Shown in pieces: positions 40,103 through 50,914 of a stretch of 64,000 nucleotides of DNA. A program made the position numbers and the translations under genes. Source of the stretch: Balanoglossus misakiensis (lineage: Eukaryota; Animalia; Hemichordata); contig CM082588.2 in assembly GCA_040954595.2 (NCBI GenBank), positions 2,998,513 through 3,062,512 on the forward strand, read 5' to 3'. The notes under the pieces were generated by a model. The model was not told the DNA's origin. It worked only from the letters and a program-made list of their open reading frames with translations, and made no database searches. The stretch's first letter is position 1; each line of letters opens with the position of its first letter.

Positions 40103-43100
40103 TCAGTCATTCATGATCAGTTTTAGAAAACACACAAGTCCGTTTAAGAGGCCCACGCACACCACATTGTCTTTGGTTACATCAAGCGCAGTCACTGCAT
40201 GCTCGAAGAAGAATGTATTTTCTAGGCTTGTTTGGAGTCGAGTTGAATTCATCTTCCCAATTTTCCACACCTTTACGGACTTGTCGTAGGAACCCGTCAG
40301 GATCAATTCTTTGTGGATTTTAACAGCAGTGACCATCCTGGTGTGGCCATCTGTTTTCTTCGGTTCTACTCCGTCATCTGCAGTGTTGGCCAGGCGTTGT
40401 CCAACGGATCCGAGAACATGCCCATCTTCTGTCTTCCAAGCCTTCAGTCCACAGTGTGTTGTACTTGACAGCACAGTACGTCCATGTTCCCCAAGACATG
40501 AAATATTTCCCCACTCGTTATGGTGGCCTATCATCGACAACAATAACTTCTGGTCCGCCCTGTCCCGCAACTCTGATGTGTAGTCGTCATAGCAACTGAT
40601 GGCCTTGCTGCCATCTTGGGACACCGCCAGATACTTCATGTTAAACTTTGGTCCGAGCTGTATGTCCTTCCCGACTTTGTGTCCACTTTCTATGTCGTGT
40701 ACTTCAACAACATTCTTCCTGGATCCGATCAGATAATTTCTCTTATCTGGAGTCACCGTCAGACACTGCACGCCACACTCTGGTCCAAAACGGCTGTGGT
40801 CCACTCTACACTCACCACTTGTGAGGTTCCAGCATCGAATGGTTCCATCCAGTGATGCAGACAAGAGTGCTGTCGGCTCAACGAAGCAGAGTGATGTTAT
40901 TACTCGTGTGTGACCAGACAGCTTGTGCAGCTGCTGCCCAGTGCTCACATTCAAAATGACTATTGAATGATCTTCAGTTCCTCTACAACAGGATATCAGC
41001 ATCGGAGTGCCATCATGAACGTAGCCCACCATCTGAGACACAGCTGATGCCAGTCGGCCAACCTCTGCAGCCCCTTCCAATTCAAGCGGTTGGAAAGAGC
41101 TCTCATCGCCGTTTCCACTGGGAAGACTACTGATATCAATGCTGGATAGAGGCGTTCTACCACACCTGTAGATGCTTTCCCTGTCATCAGTTTTCCAGCA
41201 CGATATCACACCATGCTGGTCCCCAGCAAACAACATGACAGAATTTGGCCCATCATCAACAGCCTCACACTCCAGCATACACATAGTCGTGACTGCAGCA
41301 TTGATCAGTTCTGGTCTCTTCAGCTTTCCCATGGGACTCTCCGTGTTGTACAAACCTATCAGATTTACATTCCCACTTTCACTGCCACAGAGAAGTATCT
41401 CATTGTCGGGTGTGAGATAAAGCGACGTCACCAGATCATCATCTTCATGGCCACTTGCGATCTTCGACTCGATTTCATTGTCTAAGTCCCACACTCGAAT
41501 CCTGCTCATCTCGTCCCATCCGAGGTAAAATCCGTTCTTATCAAATCTCTCCACTATTGGGAAGGTGTGCTTATGCTTTGAAACGACAGAAGTATCAGAC
41601 TTGTATTCTTCGTCGTCATAGCCATTTATCAGTGGTTCTGCTTGGCGTGCAGTATCATTGTTGGACATTTCAGGGCATGGTGAGGTGTCTGGGTCTGGAT
41701 CTTCTTTGTGAATGGTGGACTGCCTTCCTCTTACATTATTTTCAGTGAAATGATCCTCACTGATTGACCACTTGCTGACAGATTCTCCGACGGCTGCAAT
41801 TACATCGTTGTTGGACACAGTTATGTCTTTGACGTCATAAAATTGTGATGTGAGTTTACACGTGGGCAGGCGTGTGTCCAGATTCCACACAATCAGTGTG
41901 TTATCGATGGACCCTGACACCATGATATTTCTTCCAAGCACTGTGGCAGCACAGAGGGCTCTTACACCATAGTCATGTCCTCTCAGTGGGCTGCAAACCT
42001 GCTTCTTGTGTTGAAGATCCCACAGGATGATGGTTTTGTCATCTGAACCTGATAATCCGTAACAGAGCTGCTGCGATATAGAGAGGCAGGTGATTTTGTC
42101 TGTGTGACCATGGAATGTGTGCACACATCGGTAGGCAGGTAGCTCCCACAGCTGTACAGAATTGTCATGTGATGCTGACAAAACCATGCTGCCGTCATCT
42201 TTGACCGAAAGCGCACTGACGGCTCGACCATGGCCACGTTGCGTTGCCACTTGCTTGTTGTTGTCTGGGTCGCAGTTCCACAACTTCAGTGAGCAATCTT
42301 CTGAGCCAGATGCCATGGCTTTGCCGTCTTTGGATAATCCTATGTAGCGTACCCTTTCAGCGTGCCCTTGAAATACACGCTCTTCTTCGCCAGTGGCAAG
42401 CGACCACATACGAATCCTTCCATCAGCTGCACCAGTGAATACATGGGAATCATTGTCGGTCACGCTGCAGGCTATGATTTCACATCCGTGCCCCTTCAAC
42501 TCGTGGATCAATTCTCCGTCTTCTAAGTCCATAACGGCTGCTCTTTCGTGGTCCCCGACTGCAATCACTTTTGAACCGTCGTTAGTAATGGCAATTTGGA
42601 ACACTGTTTTCACCCTGGAGTCAAACATCTTGAGCTGCTGTCCAGATTTCAGACACCATACCCTCACAGTCTCGTCTTCCGAGCCAGACACGACCCGACC
42701 ACCATCGCGTGTGATGCAAACCTGACGAATGGTCTTGTCATGGCCTCTCATGGTAAGGACACACTCTTTCTTTTCGATGTCCCACTTCTTGATCGTTCTG
42801 TCTGCTGCGCCAGACACTGCGAATGTACCATCACGCGACAGGGCCACACAGTATATATTATCATCGTGCCCGGTAAGAGTGTGCACACTTTCAAACTCGT
42901 TGTCCAGTGGCCACACCTTCAAGGTCATGTCAAAGGATGCTGTGATAACAAAGTAATCTTTGGGGTGAATGGCGAGGCCAAAAACAAGCCCCTCGTGGCG
43001 GTCACTCTCTTTACCGAGGATGGACTCTCGTCCCGTTGCTTTGTCTATCACTAGGACACGTGCTTTTTTATAGCCACCTGTGCCAAGTCCAGCTATCATT

Positions 43101-45897
43101 CTTTTGTTGTCATTGCGATTGGTGAACGCTACACATAACACTGTAGCCTTGTTGTCTGGTATAGATCGCTTCAAATAACCACCTGGTTGGGTTAGACATG
43201 ACGTCAGAGGAACCAAACCAAACGTGGCGTCCACTAATTCGTCGGCCTTCATCTCACTCACAAGGTGTCTGATTCTCAGGTTCTCTGTTTCCGTGAGTGA
43301 CCCCAACAGTTGGAACGGCAACTGGTTCTTGTCTCTGGCGATGACGCGCGCCGTGAAATTGAGAGCCTCATACACCATCTCAGTGCTTTCTTCGAAGCCT
43401 CTTTTCTGTGCTTGGAGATGCTTGAAGTACTGTTCGAAATCTGCGATGACTGCGCCTATATCGGTTTCTGATAATTTTCTCTTGATCCACTTGTATTCCA
43501 CCAGCAGATTACTTGCAGTCTGGTCACCGCCAGCTTTCAGTAAATGGTGCATCAGGTGGCGATAGATGTAACCATCGTTATCCATGTTCCACCACGGAAA
43601 TCCATCGCTCGTGGTGCCAACCAGCCCTCTAGTGGTGTCAGGTCGACACTTGAGACCGGATTCCTCGGACCTGGTGGTTGATGAATTTGTCGGTGGTACT
43701 TCGAGCTGCACTGCATTGAATGAACTCGCGTAACAGTTGAGGAGATCTTTCTGTCGTTTTTCCAGCGAGCCTTTCCCGTTCATTTTCTTGTATTTGTACT
43801 CAGCATACTGCAATACTAAGTCATGCAGTTCATAACAGTCTTCTTCGCCTGACGACTTGGCATCGTGTATCAATGAAGAGCCCTTGAGAGCAAGTAAACT
43901 GTCATCGAAATCATCATCATCATCATCGCCGTCATCATCACTCTCAGATTCTGAATCGTCGCCTCTTTTAGAAGCCTTGTCCTGCCTCCATAGCATCTTC
44001 AGAACGTGGGCTGGGATAGCAGTGTCTTCTGGAAAAAGTGCAAAATCAACAAATCGTTTTTGCAGTTGTGTGTATCCGCGAACTTCATCTTCGGTTTCAC
44101 CACTGACTCCAAGGAAGTCGAAACTCACATCGAATGCCCCGTTCAACGAGTGTGAATAACTCTCTGTTTTCAGCTTCTCTGCATTTTTCTCCCAAAACTT
44201 ATTCCGGTCTTTCAAGCTACGCAAAGTGCGCTCCCATCTGCGGGTGACGTCCCTGGCGTGGCTGGCCTGTCGCAGGACGGACCCAATCAGAGCGATGGCT
44301 AGCGGGTGGTTCTTCAAGACTTCTTGAAACTCCCCGAACATTTTCCCCAGGTGGAACTCTCTGATTTTGTCGGCATTCATAGCTGCGTATCTGAGTAACA
44401 TTTCTCTGGACTGCTCACTGCTGAGATCTCCCAGTGGGAAAGGCTTTGCCTTGTTGAAGGTGATCACTTGGCTGTTGCGTGTGGTTATCAGCAGTCGACA
44501 ATTGGAACCCAGCACATTGAACGGAATAACATCAGTTTCGCTCCAGACATCATCCAGTATCAGCAACAGCTCCTTCGCTTGGGTAACTTCTCTGAGCCAT
44601 TCTTGCCCTGCCTTGATATCCGGGAAACTCTCTTGGTGACCGGTGAAATAGAAGTGCAAGGTGTTAAACGACCTCAGAATATCCGACTTCTGAGAAATCG
44701 TCAACCAGAATACATCCATGTGATACTCATTGCAGACTATCTGTGCAATGGCCTTCGCGATCGTAGTCTTCCCGATTCCTCCAAGTCCCTTGATGCCAAT
44801 ATGTGTGGGCTTGTACTCAAATTGTTTGCCCCTGGCATCGACAACACCAACCGGGCTTGAACCAGCTTGGTCCCGTAGTTTCAGCAGGTCTAATATGGTC
44901 TTGACTTCATCAGGTCTGTCTACATATTCTTCAGTCAGCAGGTCCACACCATGACATCTTGCTGTAAAATGTGAGATTCATGTTATGAAATGTGTTGTGT
45001 TTAAGTTGGCGTAGTATATCTCTTCAACAGAGCAGAAAACATAGACTTCATACAATTCATCTGAAATCTGAATCAGTTTACATCTGAATTAATTTAAATT
45101 TATGAGATTTAATTAGAGAGTGGGAAGCTCACCTTCTTTCGCCATTTCCTCCTGTCTACCATTACACATCGACGCTTGGCGTTCTGAAAAAGAATTCGAG
45201 AAACATGCATTATTTGAAGCAAATTTACTCATTCCTGCTATTTATTTCCACTCCATGACGACAGCGTATTGTTGTCGTTAAGAGACATGTGGTTTACATT
45301 TTACAACAATGTTTTGTTTTTGTTTTTGTTTTTAAGTTCCGAGGGGACCACGTCACTTAATCAAGATTGCACTGACCTTTAACATGTTTCTGAAAATTTT
45401 CCGCTACGTCTTGCAAATCCATACTTTTCAGGATGTCTTCAAACGTACTCACAACATTATATCCGTTCTTCTTGATAACGCCGAGGAGCATTTGATATTT
45501 TTGCTCGACGGCGTCAAGGATGTTATCATGCATGATGGCGTCGATGTCCACTTCGGTCAGTTGCCCAGTGTGCCTCACGAAATCTTTGCATTGTTGAACT
45601 GTGAGCAGATCTCGGAGGATGATCAGTGGACCGGACACCGTGTTCCCTGATAAGAAGACGATCGTACATTGCAATATATGGGGACAAATAGGTCGGGGCT
45701 AGAGACATCCGTTGAGATAGATTTGCCAAGGTTTCAAGTATTGGAATGTGTGGGGATACGTGTCATATGTCTTGGTCTGCAGTCTGTCTCTCTGTCTCCG
45801 TCTATCTGTCGGTCAATCGTCGTACGTAAACCACGTTATTTTCGTGTATCAGAAATAGAATCTCTCTTTCTCTCTCTCTCTCTCTCTCACCTGCCAT
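40103..45897 (-). CDS. Apaf-1-like STAND protein: death domain + NB-ARC + APAF-1-type helical domain + WD40 repeats (1728 aa predicted)
   Basis: Coding exons 45891..45897 (ATGGCAG), 45377..45646, 45133..45183 and 40103..44961 total 5187 nt in frame; all three introns are phase-1 GT-AG. Motifs: Walker A GLGGIGKT (44765..44788), Walker B LLILDDVW, sensor LITTRN, HPLAIALIG, LHD (43820..43828), and many GH...W[DS] repeats. Confidence 0.9.
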
Positions 45898-46657
45898 AGT
45901 TTTTGAGGCTACGTCAGACAATTAGTAAATGAAGACAGCTCAGCTCACGATGCTTCGATCTAGAAATATATAAAAAGAAAATTCCTGAATGTATTACAAC
46001 CACACTTTGAAATGCGATATGTGCACATTTTTGATAAATTTGATATTGTTTAACTTTTGTTTCCGTACATCTAGGAGTGTTTGCTGTTGGTAAATGGAGA
46101 TGGTGGAATTTCCTGTCGTTTCTTTGTAAATATTTTTTCCTCTCGACGCGTTTCCACGGTAATTTGCGAGCACATCTTTCGCGGTACTGAGGGCTACTTG
46201 GCCCCAACATGTTCGTCTCCGTTGAGTAGGAGGCAACGCATATAGATAAGGTGTGTGTGGGGGGGGGGGGGGGGGAGTTCCATCCTGTTTTCTTTGAAGT
46301 ACCATTCGGTACACGGTTCAAGGCCACACGAGTTGTGTTTTCTTTAGTAGGATTTGGCACTTGTTGGATTCTGCGTACAGTCTAGGGACAGTCTAGACAT
46401 TTCTAGTACATGTACATGTACCACTGACTGTCAAGTCAGTTGCACTTTTCACTCTGGTTTCTATTGTCAGTTCAATCGAAGTTTATTAGTTCAGCCAGCG
46501 TGCAAAGCGTAGGCATGGACGCCTATGCCTATTACAGTAACTTACGTAATTATGTTGTTACTTGCTCTTGTTTTCCTATTATTTGTATACACGTACGTGC
46601 ATAGAGATAGCGAACTAGGTCAACAACAACATTTCGAACGACCTTACAGCGTACTTT

Positions 46658-46679
46658 GAAATCGAAAATGAAAGTGAAA
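46658..46679 (+). promoter_or_regulatory. Tandem IRF-E/ISRE-like array
   Basis: GAAATCGAAAATGAAAGTGAAA: four GAAA cores at exact 6-bp spacing, 760 bp upstream of the STAND gene ATG. Confidence 0.55.
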
Positions 46680-47850
46680 AGGGTGTCCTCGACAGAGAGA
46701 AAAAGTGGGTCACGTTATGGCCTCCAGGGTGTCGTGTATACGCGACAGTTTTCTTCAAGAAACTTTTTAAACTGCGGTTTTGGGATACAAACAGTCAATG
46801 CGGCGGTTTTCACAACATCTGTAGCATAATTTGATGATATGTAATGCGTGCCACGTGGCATGGCCCTGTACTGTCTTATCGTGAATCACGCTTCAATCCT
46901 TTACCCGAATGCTCACTTATAATTATGGGTGGCCTCGGGTATACTAGTATTGTCCTCAAACACTGTCACTTCTGTGTACCCAGTCACAAATGAGAGTGGG
47001 TTGAACGCCCGCGGGGGCTGAAAACCAGATACTTACAAATGCCCGAGCAAGGCCGTGGAGCTATTCCCCGAAATGACTCATCGAAGATGTGGGCGGGTGT
47101 GAATGTGGTGTTTGTATTAGAATAGAAATATTTCATTGACACCTCGGTGTGAACCTGGTCAGCAACCCTGTTGATGCCAAATATCTAAACTGTCGGAAAG
47201 CATTCGATGCTTTACTGCGACTTGTATACTTGTTTCAGTCCTAATTTGTGGGTCTCCCTGCACCCCCAGTGCAGCGTTCAGACGCGGTTACCACAGTAAC
47301 AGTTTAGTGCACCAACACTACAATTTTAACTGTACAAACTATTAAAAGTTTCATTTTTTTTACTTTAATTCTCGAACAGATACAAGGACGTATGAATATC
47401 ATATTTATTCAGTATCGCGGCCGACAAGTTGAGCATGCAATTACCCATTTGCTGTCGGTCGGGCCTCACGTTATATGATATACAATGTATTCAGTTACGC
47501 ATTTGGAAACGAAGCGGGTGACTAGAATATTAATAGTAGCGTATACCGTGGCAGTGTCACTGGTATTACGAAACACACACAATAGGCTAATGCATTAGAA
47601 TAACCAACTACATTGTATAAAATTTTGCTTATCCCATAGTCATTGTCGTGGCTGTGTTAAACCAGATTCAACGTATATTGTACTTCCATGATATAGACTG
47701 ACATGTACATCTATGCCACGTTTCACACAGTACCACCCATCATGACAACCGCAGACAACTTGCAAGGACGGTGACAAGGACGTTGATTAAGCGTGTTGTC
47801 AGGTTTGTCACGCTGACAAAATCCCAGTTTCTTTCAGATCACAGACTAGA

Positions 47851-48066
47851 CTTACCTTGCTTAGTTTAGTACAGCGTACCGTTTCTACGACACACTTACA
47901 TTCCCGAACCGAGTAGTACTGAGTGTGGTGTTTTCACGCGACCAGTAGCTTATAAGCGAGGTCATCAGTCTGTTTATGGGGGCCGGGCAGTGAACAAGCG
48001 AATGATGTCATCGCTTTCCGGATGTCGGGAAACTCCCGCGAGTCATTGTTTGCTGTGGAAAATCCC
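47851..48066 (-). promoter_or_regulatory. Predicted core promoter and non-coding first exon of the STAND gene, with two NF-kB sites
   Basis: On the - strand: GGGATTTTCC (48057..48066), GGGAAACTCC (48027..48036 on +), TATAAG (~47949..47954), TCAGT initiator (47918..47922) and a consensus donor AAG|GTAAGT at 47856/47855. A matching acceptor ctaat...cgtag lies at 45909..45910, just before the ATG micro-exon. Confidence 0.55.
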
Positions 48067-48752
48067 TATATCAATATATTAAACATTTATAAATGACATT
48101 AAACATCTGGTATATTATATTAGGCACTGTCACATTTTTCTGGGATTTTTGTATATACATATAGGCCTATGCACGGCGAGGCCAATTACTATAGAATGCG
48201 CTGCTGTGAGCGTGCAGTTACAAAAAAAACTGGTGACATGCGTTGACTTTTAAATATTAGGATCATCGCTTTCTGTATCTCTACACTTCTTAATTGAAAA
48301 AAATAAACGTTATTTTCGAAAGAATCTGTATTAGGTCTACATTTGTACCATCACACAAGTTCCAGACGTTTATTGACGCTCTGGCTTATACGCTCGCGGT
48401 ATTCAAGAAAACGCGCACCAAAGGGAAAGTGTTCCTTTAGACGCGCACTGAATTCGACGGCATCGCCGTTACCAATTTGTGATCAAGGCTGTCGCGCGAT
48501 GCAGCGAAAATGAAATACTGACCCGAAATAATTCAAACAAGCTTGTAAGTTTTACTTGATTGTATACCATCCGTTTCTGTAAAGTTTAATACATTCCAAT
48601 TGAAATTTCCGCAGTATCTCCGTTGCAATCTCCATCACTGCAAACGATTTAATTATCAGTGTTGTCTCCGGCTTCATACCAAGGGGCATGAAGTTTCCCG
48701 AAGATTTCATTCTATTTTCATTCGTTTTCTTGATCATCAGGCAAGCTTTCGC

Positions 48753-50453
48753 ATGAAAATGTCGAAAGCCTGCGCTAGATTCCCACGCATGCAAGACGGT
48801 GATGTGGCGATGAGCGATTGTCCAGAAAACATACTTGAGGAGAGACGACTGAAACAGCGCATCGCCACACTCGACAAACAGCAAAGCTCGGTAATCCGTC
48901 GGATTCAAAGCGAGCAGCACCTCATGAAACTCTGCTTCCGTTCCCTCCGACAGACCTCCAGGGGAGAACTGAGAAGCGGAGACGTCGGGGAAGAATTCGC
49001 CAATTTCACTCCTGGTTTCGCTTTCTGTGCCAACGGCGACCGAAAGAGCGACGGCTGGGCATCGCGGAGAAGACACAGATTGAAGTCGGCCCCAGTTTCA
49101 AGTTTTCGCGTGTCGGCAAACGTCGCGTCGGACCACCGGCCACAATCAACTTTGATCGCCGGCCACAAAGAGACAGCGGATTCGGCCAATATGAGCACTT
49201 CATCGATGACGTCAGCCTCTACTACGAAAAGAGGGAGATCTGCAGTCGAAAAGAAGAGAAACGGTGGCAGTGTGTCTGCTGAACGAACCACAGCTGACGA
49301 CGAATCGACAGACGATGAAACAATTTCAGTCGAAGAACTCACCCTTGATGATGTTGACAACGTGATCTCAAACCAATTAAAACTGGACGATAAAGACAAA
49401 ACCATCACCGGGTTAGGCTTAAATGAACAAAATTCGATACGCATAAGTGAAGGTGAAATCTTAAATGCAGAGGATGAAATTATTGCTGATGTGGGCACAG
49501 AACTTGACACCAAACAAGAAAGTTCGGGAAATGGTAAAAACCAAACGAACGCATTCCAAGATGACGATCCAAACGCCAGGTTTGCATTCCAGCCGGGTTC
49601 CTCATACTTCGGGAAATCTAAAAATTCCCGGGATTATGGAAGGTCGTCTCTTGATATTCGCCGGGCGTTGCGTCGATCCAGCAAAGCTAACTGTGTCGCC
49701 TGCGAGGCTCGTTTAGAAGAGCAAGCGAAGGCGCTAGCCGAGAAGGTGAAAGAGATCAAGCTAGGGTCGAGCGAGTCTGCACTCGCAGTTGCCAGAGCAA
49801 AACATCGAGGCAAAATGACCATCTTGAAGTCGGAACCAACAGTAAGCGACACGTCACCCACTCGAGTAACCGCATCTTCGAAGAGAATCAAGCCGGAAAA
49901 CAGGAAAGTTGATAAGTCAGGATCAAATCCACTCCGATCTGACAGCACGGAGAGCAAGAGGGATGGACACTGGCTGAACAGGTTTCGCGAATCTGAAACT
50001 TTAATAAAACAGTACAGAGTGAGTAACTATTGTTGTGAATTTCGCTGTTTCTCAGTTCTTTGGTTTTCCAGTGTTATCATTTAGGTCTACAGCATTTACC
50101 ACTCATATCATCTGTGACCAAGACTTATTGATGCATGCGTGGATGTTGGTGTATAATCTCTCTCGTTCTCTCTGTCTGTCTCACTCTTCTCTCCATGTCC
50201 TACATAGGAGTTTGAAAATAACTACACCCAATCAAAAATCGACGAATTCTTCAGACGCCTGGAGAGAGACAACCACATCAAAAAGTCCACAAAGTCAACA
50301 GTTGTGCCGCCAAAGTCCTTCAAGTGTCACCACAGACCCGTACCAGTTCGTTCGGCCAATAGCCCGCAGCAAGTAAACAGCGCCACCAAGAGGTCTTCCT
50401 ACAAAGATCTCCAAAGCTGTCGATATCTGAGAATGCCAAATCAGCCTAAGTGA
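48753..50453 (+). CDS. Uncharacterised ~503-aa protein: N-terminal coiled coil, long disordered middle, C-terminal CRYLR motif
   Basis: Long ORF after an acceptor at 48740 with ATG at 48753, donor AGA|gtgagt at 50018, acceptor at 50207, and an in-frame exon 50208..50453 ending YKDLQSCRYLRMPNQPK*. Confidence 0.75.
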
Positions 50454-50914
50454 TGAAAACTACTCTCTTCTGTTGAAATACCGGTTTATCGGGGCACGAA
50501 GATTAATTTTCACTTAACTGTACCCTCTAGATGTCGTTGAAGATATAAATTATTCTTGACTGCAGTGCAATTCCTAGTAATATCCAGCATAGTTTGAGCA
50601 ACTTCAATAAATTATGGTCGTAGAGTTCGGAAATAAAAAATGACTACAGAGTAAAACATATACTGCTTTTATTATCCTGAGAAGAGTTAGTCCATTGAAC
50701 ATGAGAAATACATACATGTACTATTCATCAAGTACATAAGCAGCCAACTTTTTCTCACTACTTTTGATAAATACTACATATTTTTTGCTACTTTTGATAA
50801 TGCCACATATTTTTTGCAATTCTGGCCTCTAAAGGTATTTTTAGCCAAGTCTTTTACATGTTGATATAAGCCAGTTGTTTCAGATGAAGTTCATGGAAGA
50901 TACCATAGTCAAGG

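Noticed and set aside
40311-44954. Many + strand ORFs opposite the STAND exon (and similar antisense ORFs over dynein, RAB39 and MFSD8 exons)
   Set aside because: These are shadows of coding sequence on the other strand, with no recognisable motifs or splice structure.
40103-45897. Calling the STAND gene APAF1
   Set aside because: It has no CARD, a different exon structure and a longer WD40 region. Orthology is unsupported, so no symbol was assigned.
48600-48752. Longer N-terminus (494-aa ORF) for the uncharacterised gene
   Set aside because: It starts at TTG and lies between a donor at ~48545 and a pyrimidine-rich acceptor at 48740, so it is probably intron.
50759-50819. Two-copy ~30-bp direct repeat between the converging orphan and UPRT 3' ends
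   Set aside because: A simple local duplication with no spacers or structure. It is not CRISPR-like, and no CRISPR, tRNA or rRNA was seen in the window.
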